Below the pieces are notes generated by a model that did no database searches, had not been told where the DNA came from, and saw only the letters and a list, made by a program, of their open reading frames with translations. Both the position numbers and the translations under genes were made by a program. A stretch of 64,000 bases of DNA. Source: Phycisphaerae bacterium (GTDB taxonomy: Bacteria; Planctomycetota; Phycisphaerae; UBA1845). The stretch lies in NCBI GenBank assembly GCA_963666835.2, contig CAXXGO010000001.1, positions 1,984,001-2,048,000 of the forward strand, written 5' to 3'. Shown one piece after another: positions 27,619 to 37,631 of this stretch (within the stretch, counting starts at the first letter, position 1; each line of letters opens with the position of its first letter).

Positions 27619-30186
27619 TTACTTGCTTGCACTCGTCTTGAAGCCCCGACCAACCCAGCCTTTGGCGACGATCAGCATGATCGTGGAGGTAATCGCGATA
27701 CATCCGAAGTAGAACCACATAAGCTCGGTGTTCCGTATACCTTCTGCCGGGCAGTACCGATCCATCATCCATCCGGAATAGAGTGCCGGAACCAGCATCT
27801 TCGTCATGAACCACGGCAACTGGGCGACGCCCATGTACTGTCCGGTTCGGCCTTCCGGGGCAATCTCCGCCGCGTACTGCAGGAAGCGGGGCTGCCACAT
27901 AGCTTCGCCGATTGTCATGATTAACAGGTATCCGACCAGGGTCCACGCGTAGGGCCCAATAGCCAACAAGAACGCAGGTGCTGCCATGATGAACGTTCCG
28001 TAGATCATCATGTTGTATACCTTGGCCTTCTGGGTGGCTGCGGCAATCAGCGGGACGGCGATGAAGATTAAGATGGGGTTGGCGTTGGCTGCAAGCTCGA
28101 AGTACTCGCCAATCCAGCCTTCAAAGGCACGGGAGATGTATTGCGGCAGAATGAACCAGTTGTACGTGAAAAGCGTCTGAACTGGTATCAAGGCGAAGAT
28201 AAAGAAGAAGAACTTGGCATCGGCCAACGGATGCTTCGCCAACCATCGACCCGAAGCCGGAAGACCGCAGGCGACGAGCCAAGCAACACCCAAGATGGCA
28301 CAGACGTAGTAGTTCCAGGGTTCGCTTACCCTCCAGTGGATAGCCACCAGCGATACGAGGATGAACACCCACATATGTACCGGGGGTACGCGGGCTCCCG
28401 TCTCTTGTGCCGGTGCAATCTCGACTACTGCCGGCTTCTCCTCCGGCGTTTCTTCTGGCTTCTCTTCCGGTTTCGCCTTCTCTTCGGCCGCTTCGATTTC
28501 TGCGGTTTCGGCCTTCGCCCGTTCGATCGCCGCCGCCACCGTCTTCCTCGAGAGGATGACGACTGTGACGAATAGCGCGATCAGAGTTATGCCAGTGTAC
28601 ACCCAGTAGGTTCCGGGAATCCCAAGCCCGAGCCAGTTCTCATCACGCAACATGAACGCCCAACTTGGCAAATACCCGCCCAGGTTCATGAGGGCGTAGA
28701 GCATTGCAAACCCCATCGCCGCGGTCTTGGGGGTTGTGAACTGGCGAACGGCCGCGTAGGCCGCAGGCTGGTACATGCCGTAGCCGATTACTACTAATAC
28801 CATCCCCAGCAACGTCACTACGTGGAGCGGAGACCATACCGGATTGACAAACGCGAAGATTGCCGAGCCGTTCCTCTCCGCCTGGAGGAAGTATCCGCCG
28901 TTACGGACATACGAAACGTAAACATCGTCCAGGACAATGTCGACCGGGCCGTCGTCCATACTGCGCAGCTCGGCAATGGTCGCGGTTGTAGAAGTCTCTG
29001 GTATCTTAGTGTCATCGAGCGCCCATCTTTCCGTCGCCCTCTGGTCTTTCTCGTGGCTGCCGGGTTTTGGTTCGCAAACCTGCGCGTCCTTTTGGGATCC
29101 CTCCGGCGGTGGTGTCGACTGGAGGATACGGAGGATCCGGCTACCCCACAGGGCGGGCTCTGTTGACCGCACGATTCCAGCGACGCGATCGGCCAACGCA
29201 CCGCGCTTGTTGGTCTCTAGGAGCTTCGTGACCAGCTCGCCTACATCTTCGCCTTCGGCCGGTCGTAGTTTCTCGATCCCCAGGAGGATCTTAGCATCGT
29301 CTTCGTTGACGCACTGGGACACATCGACGCGAGTGAACTCCTCCGACCAGTGACAGCGAATGACGTACTCATAGCTTTCACGGTCCTCGCTACCCTGCTC
29401 AGCTGCTTCGCCCTCCTTGGCGGTCTCATCGGCGTCGCGTTTGTTGTTGTCTTTGCGGGCGGTTACGTAGGCGCTGTCCAGCGAGATCACGGCGCCCGGA
29501 CTAATGCACTGGTCCTTGGCGGAGCGCGCCAGCAAGCGGGCTGTGACCGGTGCGCTTCCATACTGTAGGAGCCAGGAATTCTCCTCTCCGCTAATGACCG
29601 TGGCCTCACTTACCCTGACGAGCTTTGACTCCAGCTCCGCGGTCGGAACAACACCCTCACCGGCGGCAAGGTCAATTGCCAACACGTCGGTGACATCGGC
29701 GCCGCCCTCATCATTGGCGAATACGGTCGCCTCGGCTATGGTCTTGTTGCCGTCTCTAGTGGTGAGCTCGCTGATGTGTAAGCTCACTTGGTCGCCGACC
29801 ATGACTCCGGGCCGTGCAGGTTCGAGCCCAAGCACGTTCGGAGCCCCGGACATGAACATACGCCCGCAGAGCATGCATACAAATGCGGCAATCAACGCGA
29901 ACCGGATTCCCCACTTGTCCGCCACCGAGCCAAGGAAGAGCATCGCCAGCGTAATGCCGGCGGTCAAAAACCCCACGTTGTAATGCGCTGACTCGTCCGC
30001 ATGTTCGATGCCCTGGAAAATAAAATCCGAGAAGTGGATCGCCAGATACCCGAGCATGCCGAAGTAAACCATACCCTCGAGCACGTACGCGAGGTTGACC
30101 CCCCACAGTGCCCGGGGGGCGCGTACGAGGTCGACAAAAGGCTGAACGATTTCCTGGAGGGGACTCTTATTCTGCTCTTCGCTCAT
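27619..30186 (-). CDS. MFS / POT-like peptide transporter with a large extracytoplasmic insertion
   Basis: MFS motif A-like GSVADKWGIR, YALMNLGG, TIGEAMWQP; ~330-aa hydrophilic insert between TM3 and TM4. Confidence 0.85.
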   Translation of the reverse strand: MSEEQNKSPLQEIVQPFVDLVRAPRALWGVNLAYVLEGMVYFGMLGYLAIHFSDFIFQGIEHADESAHYNVGFLTAGITLAMLFLGSVADKWGIRFALIAAFVCMLCGRMFMSGAPNVLGLEPARPGVMVGDQVSLHISELTTRDGNKTIAEATVFANDEGGADVTDVLAIDLAAGEGVVPTAELESKLVRVSEATVISGEENSWLLQYGSAPVTARLLARSAKDQCISPGAVISLDSAYVTARKDNNKRDADETAKEGEAAEQGSEDRESYEYVIRCHWSEEFTRVDVSQCVNEDDAKILLGIEKLRPAEGEDVGELVTKLLETNKRGALADRVAGIVRSTEPALWGSRILRILQSTPPPEGSQKDAQVCEPKPGSHEKDQRATERWALDDTKIPETSTTATIAELRSMDDGPVDIVLDDVYVSYVRNGGYFLQAERNGSAIFAFVNPVWSPLHVVTLLGMVLVVIGYGMYQPAAYAAVRQFTTPKTAAMGFAMLYALMNLGGYLPSWAFMLRDENWLGLGIPGTYWVYTGITLIALFVTVVILSRKTVAAAIERAKAETAEIEAAEEKAKPEEKPEETPEEKPAVVEIAPAQETGARVPPVHMWVFILVSLVAIHWRVSEPWNYYVCAILGVAWLVACGLPASGRWLAKHPLADAKFFFFIFALIPVQTLFTYNWFILPQYISRAFEGWIGEYFELAANANPILIFIAVPLIAAATQKAKVYNMMIYGTFIMAAPAFLLAIGPYAWTLVGYLLIMTIGEAMWQPRFLQYAAEIAPEGRTGQYMGVAQLPWFMTKMLVPALYSGWMMDRYCPAEGIRNTELMWFYFGCIAITSTIMLIVAKGWVGRGFKTSASK

Positions 30187-30342
30187 CTTCGCGGGTCTTT
30201 CCTGTGTGGGGCGCCGAGCCGTGGCGGCGCACCGATATCGCGGCTATGCCAACATGACCGGAACTCGCGGCCGCTGCGCGACCCGGCCAGACAAATCTCC
30301 CGCATCACGGGCGCTCATGGTTCAGATGAGCAACGCGCGACT

Positions 30343-31572
30343 CTACTTTTCCTTGCCCCACAGCTTGGCCAGCTCGATCAACACCTTGAAGGAGTTCTCC
30401 ATCTGCTCAACACAGGCGAACTCCAGCGGGGAGTGGAAGTTGTGCATGCCGACCGAAAGGTTAGGCGTCGGCAGGCCCATCTCGCTCAATCGAGACCCGT
30501 CCGTCCCGCCGCGGATCGACTGGAAGACCGGCGTCAATCCGGCATTCCGGACCGCTTTCTCGGCCATCTCTACCGCCCGCGGTTCGTTGTTCAGGTGCTC
30601 GATCATATTGCGGTACTGCTTCTGGACGTTTATCTCAATCTTGGCCTTCGGGTACTCCGCCAGAATCGACGCCGCCACGTTCTCGAGGATCTTGGCTTGC
30701 TCGGCAAGCTCGTCGGTAACGAAGCTGCGCAGAAGAATGCGGATCTTTGCTTCCGGCACCCCGCCTTCAATCGCATAAGGATGCAGGAATCCATCGCGGT
30801 CCGATGTCGTTTCCGGGGCCAGACGTTGCCAGGGCAGCCGGCTGATGAACAGCCCGGCCAGCCGGATCGCATTAATCATCACGCCGTCGGCGAAGCCCGG
30901 ATGGATGTTCTTGCCGGTAATGGTGACCGTGGCCATGTCGGCCGAGAAGGTCTCGTTCTCGATTCCGCCTTCACCCTCGCCGTCGAGAGTGTAAGCGCAC
31001 CGCGCGTCGATCTTCTTGATATCGACCTTGTCGCATCCGCGTCCGACCTCTTCGTCGCAGGTGAAACAGACCCGGATCGGGCCGTGCTTGATGTCGGGGT
31101 TACTCTGCAAATGGGCGGCGGCCGTCATGATTACCGCTACGCCGGCCTTATCGTCGGCTCCGAGCAAAGTCGTGCCGTCGGTGGTGATGAGGGTCTTGCC
31201 CTTCAACTCGGTCATGCCCTTGGTTTCGCTGGTCAGGATGACCTTGGTCTTGTCGCCGGGCAGGGTAATGTCCTTGCCGTCGTAGTTTCTGACGATTTGC
31301 GGTTTGACGTCCTTGCCGGAGGCGTCGGGCGAGGTGTCCATGTGGGCGAGCCAGGCAATCGTCGGGGCGCCGTCCACGTTGCCGGGGATTGTGCCCATCA
31401 CGATACCACCCTCATGGGCGGCGACGTCCACTAGTTTCAGCTCCTTCATCTCCCCCATCAGGATTTTTCCGAGCTCGAGCTGCCCCTCGGAACTCGGGTA
31501 CTTGTCCGTCTCCTCGACGGCCGTGGTTTCTACTTTTACGTAACGGTCAAACCGGTCTACCAATGATTCCAT
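30343..31572 (-). CDS. pepT: Peptidase T (tripeptide aminopeptidase, M20B)
   Basis: AHMDTS, LLGADDKAG, FTCDEEVG, IRGGTDGSRLS, NFHS. Confidence 0.96.
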   Translation of the reverse strand: MESLVDRFDRYVKVETTAVEETDKYPSSEGQLELGKILMGEMKELKLVDVAAHEGGIVMGTIPGNVDGAPTIAWLAHMDTSPDASGKDVKPQIVRNYDGKDITLPGDKTKVILTSETKGMTELKGKTLITTDGTTLLGADDKAGVAVIMTAAAHLQSNPDIKHGPIRVCFTCDEEVGRGCDKVDIKKIDARCAYTLDGEGEGGIENETFSADMATVTITGKNIHPGFADGVMINAIRLAGLFISRLPWQRLAPETTSDRDGFLHPYAIEGGVPEAKIRILLRSFVTDELAEQAKILENVAASILAEYPKAKIEINVQKQYRNMIEHLNNEPRAVEMAEKAVRNAGLTPVFQSIRGGTDGSRLSEMGLPTPNLSVGMHNFHSPLEFACVEQMENSFKVLIELAKLWGKEK

Positions 31573-32092
31573 CGTGCATCTCCACTAGGAAGCGACCTAC
31601 ACCTACCGGCCGCGGATTCCGTGCTTCGCAAGGTGCTCGTTCGCATCGCCTGTGCCGGGGAATCCGCAGCATCGCAGATCGTTTTGTAAGGGCATGTGGT
31701 TCAAAGTGCAACTCGCGGGCCTCACGGCGAGGCTTACAACAAAATACAGTCGTGCGCTTAGTTCTGTTCTGCCGGGGAACATCGTAACCGGCCTGCGAAA
31801 AACCGCGGTTTTCCGGCAGGTTTGCCGGCTCGACGCCGTCCAGTAGGCGTGGCGACGAGGGTTGCAGGCGCGGGATGCGTTCAGGATTTGCCTTGTTAGC
31901 AATACGCTGGACGGATACGCTGGTTGACCGGTCCGGGGCGACGCCGGGGGCAGGCCGATCTTGCGGGGCGGGGTGGTCGAGCTTCGAAGGTCGATCTGCT
32001 CCGGTTCGTCCCACCCAATGGAGCACGTGCCCGATACGGCGCGGTGTTCCTCTCGAAGAGTTGACGGTCATTTGGAAAGGGAAGACGACGTG

Positions 32093-35000
32093 ATGCACAA
32101 CATTGTAAAGCACGGGGCGATCCTCGCCGTGGTGTTGGCGACCGGAAGCGTGGCTTGGGCGGAGAGCCACCTGATGCGCTACGCGGATGTTCACGAGGAC
32201 CGGGTCGTGTTCACTTATGAGGGCGATCTGTGGTTGGCGTCCACCGAGGGGGGGGAGGCTCGCAGAATCACCAGCGACGCCGGCGATGAACTGTGGGCTA
32301 AGTTCTCTCCGGACGGCAAGCGCATCGCCTTCTCGGCGGAGTATGACGGGGGGTATGACGTTTACGTCATGGATGCCCGCGGCGGCGTGCCGCAGAGATT
32401 GACCTATCATCCGAGCCCGGACCTTGTCTTAGGGTGGTTCCCCGATGGCAAGAGCGTGCTGTTTCGTTCGCGTCGTGAGTTCTCGCCACGCGCCGAGAGG
32501 ATCTACCGGGTGAGCGCAGATGGCGGAATGCCGGTCAAGCTGCCGGTGGATCGGGCCGGGCTGACGGCGCTGTCCCCCGACGGGAGCAAGATCGCCTACA
32601 ACCGCATCTCGCGGGAAGCGGCGACATGGAAAAGGCACAAAGGCGGTACCGCCCAGGATATCTGGATGGGGAGCCTGGAGAAGGGCGACTTCGCCAGGAT
32701 TACTGACTGGGAGGGTACCGACAACTTCCCGATGTGGCGTGGTGATGTCATCTACTTCAACTCCGACCGGGCTTACGGAACTCTGAATATCCACAAGTAC
32801 GAGGTGAAAACCGGTAAGGTCACCGCACTGACCCACAACAAGGATTATGACGTCAAGAACCCGTCCATCGGGCCGAACCACATTGTCTATCAGTATGGCG
32901 AGTCGCTGTACCTGCTCGACCTCAAGACGGAGAAGTCCCGGCGGATTCCCATCGAGATTGTCAGCGATCGAGTGCGGATGCGGCCGGAGTTCGTGGAAGT
33001 GGATCCCTCGATCGGTTCGTTCGGGCTGTCGCCGTCCGGCAAGCGGATGTTGCTGGAGGCCCGCGGGGAGATTCTGAACCTCCCCGTTGAGGACGGGGAG
33101 CCGGTCAACCTGACCGCGACTACGGCTACTCGTGAGAAGAACGCGGCGTGGTCGCCGGACGGGCGATGGGTCGCGTTCATCTCCGATAAGACCGGCGAGG
33201 AAGAGATCTACCTGGTGGATCAGAAGGCGGAAGAGCCGTGGCGCCAACTGACTACCGGAGGTTTCGGCTATCGCATGCAGTTGAGCTGGTCGCCGGACAG
33301 CAAGTGGCTGCTCTTCGCCGACAAGTTCCTGCGTCTGAACTTGGTCGATGCCGAGAGCGGCGAGATCACCGTTATCGACCAGGGCGAGTACGACGACGGC
33401 TGGGAGCGCTGGGGCATTCAGGACTACGTTTGGTCGCCCGACAGCAAATGGGTCGCGTACACGAAACTCGAACGCAGTATCAACGAGGCGATCTTCCTCT
33501 ACTCGCTTGCCGACCGAAAGGTACACCGGATAACCGACGAACTGACCGAGGATTTCAGCCCGTCCTTCGACCCTGAAGGACGCTATCTCTACTTCCTCTC
33601 GCATCGCGAGTTCTCGCCGGTTATGGGGTTCGTAGATCAGAACCACGTTTTCCTCGACATGTGCAAGCCGTACATCGTGCTATTAAAGGCCGGCGAGCCT
33701 TCACCGTTTTTGCCCGAAGACTCGGAAGAAGAGGTCAAAGCCGAAGAAGAGGATTCGCCGGCGGACGAGAAGGGCGATGACGCGAAGGCCGAAGAAGACG
33801 AGGACAAGAACGAGGATATTCAGATCGACCTTGATGGTATTGAGCGGCGGATTGTCGCCGCCAAGGGGGTCCCGGCCGGCAACTACTTCCGGTTGGAGGC
33901 CACGGCCAAGGGCTTCGTCTATCTCAAGAAGGACAAACACGAGTTCGAGAAGTACCAGAACGTCAACGATCACACTGGCGGGGCGTTGGACCTCTATAGC
34001 TATGATGTGAAGGAAGCTGAGACGAAGAAGGTCCTGGGCGGAATCGCGAACTATCACTTGTCCGCCGATGGGAAGAAGCTGGTGTATCGGTCCGGGAGCA
34101 GCTACGGGGTCGTCGACGCCGGCGCATCTGCCTCCGTGGGTGACGGGGAGGTGTCTCTGGCGGATGCGCGGATTCTGGTTGACCGCAACCTCGAGTACCT
34201 GCAGATCTTCAACGAAGCGTGGCGCGTGCAAAGGGACTGGTTCTACGATCCGAACATGCACGGTCTGGACTGGGAAGCCATCGGGGCGAAGTATCGCAAG
34301 TTCGTTCCGTATTGCGGCAACCGAAGCGATTTGAACTACCTGATCGGGGAGATGATCGGGGAACTCAACATCGGGCATACTTACGTCTGGGGTGGTGATG
34401 AGGCCGAAGACGGCAAGTACGTTCCGGTCGGATTACTCGGCGCCGAGTTTGAGGCCGTGTCGGGCGCGGGCTTCTACCGTATCGCCCACATCATTCCCGG
34501 TACGCCTTGGGATCCGCAGGAAAGGTCTCCGCTGGCCGAGCCGGGTTGTCCCATTACCGAGGGCGATTACCTGATTGCCATCGACGGGGCACAGGTTACG
34601 ACGTCTGACAACGTCTACGACTTCCTCCAGAACAAGGCCAACGCCGTGGTGACGGTGACGTACAACGAGCAGCCGTCAGCCGAGGGAGCCAAGCGGCATC
34701 GGGTCCGGACCATCGGTAACGAGTGGGCTATTAGGTATCGGGAGTGGGTCGAGAGTAACCGGGCTCGGGTCGAAAAAGCCAGCGCCGGGTTGATTGGTTA
34801 CCTGCACATTCCCGATATGGGGCGAGACGGCGTTATTGAATTCGCCCGGGCCTACTTCCCGCATCACTACAAGAGAGGTTTCATCATCGACGAACGGTAT
34901 AACGGCGGCGGGTTCACGTCGCACATGATCGTCGATCGCCTGGAAAGGGCGGTGTGGGGACTCACGCAGCCTCGCGAGGGCAAGGCCGTGCACGAGCCGG

Positions 35001-35392
35001 AGCGTACGTTCCACGGCCCGTGGGTTGTGCTGGTGAACGAAGACACCGCCTCATCAGGTGAGTGGTTCTGCGTTGAGATTCAGTCGCGCAAACTGGCTCC
35101 GATCATCGGAATGCGGACGTGGGGCGGGGTGATCGGCATCGAACCGCACCAGAGCCTGATAGACGGCGGGATGACCACGCCACCGCAGTTTGCGCCGTAT
35201 GGCTTGAACGGTGACTGGGTCGTGGAAGGGCACGGGATCGACCCGGACATCGAAGTGCAGAACACGCCGGGCGATGTGATCCGCGGCAAAGACGCGCAAC
35301 TCGAGCGGGGAGTCCAGTACATCCTCGATAGTCTCGCGCGGGATCCAATGGAGTTGCCCGGCACTCCGGCCTATCCCGACAAGAGTAAGTAG
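32093..35392 (+). CDS. Tricorn protease homolog (S41; beta-propellers, PDZ), secreted
   Basis: Signal peptide; PD40-like WSPD repeats; DERYNGGG, ASSGE, GMRTWGG, VEGHGIDPD. Confidence 0.95.
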   Translation: MHNIVKHGAILAVVLATGSVAWAESHLMRYADVHEDRVVFTYEGDLWLASTEGGEARRITSDAGDELWAKFSPDGKRIAFSAEYDGGYDVYVMDARGGVPQRLTYHPSPDLVLGWFPDGKSVLFRSRREFSPRAERIYRVSADGGMPVKLPVDRAGLTALSPDGSKIAYNRISREAATWKRHKGGTAQDIWMGSLEKGDFARITDWEGTDNFPMWRGDVIYFNSDRAYGTLNIHKYEVKTGKVTALTHNKDYDVKNPSIGPNHIVYQYGESLYLLDLKTEKSRRIPIEIVSDRVRMRPEFVEVDPSIGSFGLSPSGKRMLLEARGEILNLPVEDGEPVNLTATTATREKNAAWSPDGRWVAFISDKTGEEEIYLVDQKAEEPWRQLTTGGFGYRMQLSWSPDSKWLLFADKFLRLNLVDAESGEITVIDQGEYDDGWERWGIQDYVWSPDSKWVAYTKLERSINEAIFLYSLADRKVHRITDELTEDFSPSFDPEGRYLYFLSHREFSPVMGFVDQNHVFLDMCKPYIVLLKAGEPSPFLPEDSEEEVKAEEEDSPADEKGDDAKAEEDEDKNEDIQIDLDGIERRIVAAKGVPAGNYFRLEATAKGFVYLKKDKHEFEKYQNVNDHTGGALDLYSYDVKEAETKKVLGGIANYHLSADGKKLVYRSGSSYGVVDAGASASVGDGEVSLADARILVDRNLEYLQIFNEAWRVQRDWFYDPNMHGLDWEAIGAKYRKFVPYCGNRSDLNYLIGEMIGELNIGHTYVWGGDEAEDGKYVPVGLLGAEFEAVSGAGFYRIAHIIPGTPWDPQERSPLAEPGCPITEGDYLIAIDGAQVTTSDNVYDFLQNKANAVVTVTYNEQPSAEGAKRHRVRTIGNEWAIRYREWVESNRARVEKASAGLIGYLHIPDMGRDGVIEFARAYFPHHYKRGFIIDERYNGGGFTSHMIVDRLERAVWGLTQPREGKAVHEPERTFHGPWVVLVNEDTASSGEWFCVEIQSRKLAPIIGMRTWGGVIGIEPHQSLIDGGMTTPPQFAPYGLNGDWVVEGHGIDPDIEVQNTPGDVIRGKDAQLERGVQYILDSLARDPMELPGTPAYPDKSK

Positions 35393-35409
35393 CGGACCAC
35401 GCGACCGCC

Positions 35410-35448
35410 GCCGAGCCGGCTTCGCGCCGGCTCGTCGGCTTCTTCTTC
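35410..35448 (+). terminator. Intrinsic terminator after tricorn
   Basis: CGAGCCGGC-TTCGC-GCCGGCTCG followed by a pyrimidine tract. Confidence 0.55.
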
Positions 35449-35659
35449 AGGCTGAAAGCCTGCAATACAGTAGACGGGGGCAAGGCCGCGCAGCGGCCGC
35501 CGCCCCCGGGCGGGGGCCCGACAATCCCAATCACCCTGACAGGGTGAAAGAAACGGCGTGGATGAACCACGCGCTTGTTTCGGTAGCCCGGCCTCTTTCA
35601 GAATGAAATGATGTAGTAGAACAACGAGAAACTGCCCTCCTGGTGTCGGCCGTTTGTCG

Positions 35660-37204
35660 TTATACGTTCATGTCCTTCCAGCGTTTTGCCAACTGGCCGT
35701 AGATCGCCAGAGCGATTGCGGCGAGAACGCCGATCACCGCAAACGGGATCCATACTCTTAGATTGGGATGGTAAGTATCCCAAAGCAACTGCGTACAGTA
35801 GACCCCATCTTGGCCGACGACCTCCTGGAGCTTGGCGAAAGCCTCGGTCCGTGGAATACCGACAAGCTCCTCCAGCGTTGAGATGGAACCGTCCCAGGGT
35901 CTCCGGTCGCCGAGGGCGGTCTTCTCTGCAAGGTACTTAAGCGCCAGCGTGGCCTTCTCGCCGTAGTGTCCATAGAGGAACCCGCCGACCCACGAACCGA
36001 CTCCGACCCCGAGGCCGATGGGGATATTGACATATCCCAAATACAGCCCCTTCTTGCCCGGTGGAGCGATCAACGCCAGGTACTCGTTCTTCTTAGGTCC
36101 GGTCAGCATTTCCCCCAGGGAGAAGAACACGATACCCAGCAGCAGGAACCAGGCGTTGCCGGTCATGCCCGCTACGACCACTCCGGTCGTCGCGATCATC
36201 ATCCCAAAGAACATCGCCGACAGAGTACGAAGTCCGGACGCCAACCAGGATACCGGGACCATGAACAAGACGATCAGCAGGGCATTGAGAGAGACCAACA
36301 CCTGCTGAGGGACCCGCACGCGCCCGGTGTCCCCAATCTCAGTCCAGGATTCAAAGGGCACGTGGGCGGCCACCATCGAGCTGTCCACCCAGTCTTCGAT
36401 GAAGTTGGGTTGCAGATCCCAAAGCTGATACATCATCAGCCAGAAACACGACATAATCAGTAGCCAGGTCGCCAATCGTGGTTCGACTACGTGTTTGAGA
36501 GCCCTTCCAAAAACCTGCAGAGGATTCTCCGATTTCGCATCTCCGGAAGGAACATCCTGGTATGTGAGCAACATAAAGTAATTCAGGGCGGTAAAACCCG
36601 CGCAACAGAGAAACAGGTTCTGCCACGTCGCTTCGCTGTGCGTTTTGGTGAGGATCAGCGGTGATATGTAGTGGCCAATCAACGAGCCGACGTTGACGAT
36701 CCAGTAGAAAACGCCCCAGCCGAGTGACGAGTTCTTCTTCGTAAGCTGGTGGCCCAGCGTTGCCTGCAACGCGGGCTTGAAGAAGGCGGTTCCCGTTGCG
36801 AGCATCAGAATACCCGCGAAGAAACCGTAGTAACTGTGCGTGTACGCCATCACCAGGTAGCCGGCGATGTTCATCGTAATGGAAAAGAAGAGAGTCCTCT
36901 TGTAACCGTAGCGGTCGGCGTACGCCCCGGTTACCATCGGCAGGAACGACTGGAACACCGCCCACCAGGCGTAGATCCAGCCCTTGTGGGCGGCCGTAAG
37001 GTGCAAACCTCCCGGCTCGGTGGCCTGCATGATGTAAATCGGGGCAACAACGCGCAGCGTGTAATACGCCAACCTCTCCCACATTTCGATCGTGTTGCAG
37101 AGCCAATAGGTCCCGTTCAGCCCCTTCGGCCGGTCCGGTGTGGTAGGGGGTGCGTCTGCGGTCGACGTGTCATTCATCTCGTCGGCGTTGTTCTGGGTAC
37201 TCAT
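35660..37204 (-). CDS. POT/PTR-like MFS peptide transporter
   Basis: EMWERLAYY (ExxER-type motif), GAYADRYGYKR, FFKP, FYWIVNVG, FSLGEM. Confidence 0.9.
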   Translation of the reverse strand: MSTQNNADEMNDTSTADAPPTTPDRPKGLNGTYWLCNTIEMWERLAYYTLRVVAPIYIMQATEPGGLHLTAAHKGWIYAWWAVFQSFLPMVTGAYADRYGYKRTLFFSITMNIAGYLVMAYTHSYYGFFAGILMLATGTAFFKPALQATLGHQLTKKNSSLGWGVFYWIVNVGSLIGHYISPLILTKTHSEATWQNLFLCCAGFTALNYFMLLTYQDVPSGDAKSENPLQVFGRALKHVVEPRLATWLLIMSCFWLMMYQLWDLQPNFIEDWVDSSMVAAHVPFESWTEIGDTGRVRVPQQVLVSLNALLIVLFMVPVSWLASGLRTLSAMFFGMMIATTGVVVAGMTGNAWFLLLGIVFFSLGEMLTGPKKNEYLALIAPPGKKGLYLGYVNIPIGLGVGVGSWVGGFLYGHYGEKATLALKYLAEKTALGDRRPWDGSISTLEELVGIPRTEAFAKLQEVVGQDGVYCTQLLWDTYHPNLRVWIPFAVIGVLAAIALAIYGQLAKRWKDMNV

Positions 37205-37631
37205 GTTGTCTCCGGCGTTAGCGCGACCCTCGAAACGGATCTGGCACCCGCTCTCGAGCGCCGAAGGTGCGTTGTTTCATCCTCGGCTGTCGTGCCCCTA
37301 AAGAACAAGAGCCTTCCATCTTTATCCGCGGCCCCGCAGGACGAGACAGCGATTCCATGGGCGGAGGCTCCCGCATCCATGCGCCTCTTCGTCGATACGC
37401 GCAGTCTCGCGAAGGATGCGATGCCCGTCAACTCGACGGGACCATAGCCGCCCCCGATACGCGAAACGCGAAGTGGGTCTTGTGGCACGCGGTAAGTTGT
37501 CGTTGCAGCGGTGGGGGGCGGCAAAGGGCGAATTCCGTCGGTCTGCTGATTCCGCCGAGGCCGGAAGACCGATACGAAGACGGAGCGGCGGAATAGAAGA
37601 GAAGATCAGACGTCTATTCGGAGGACGTATC

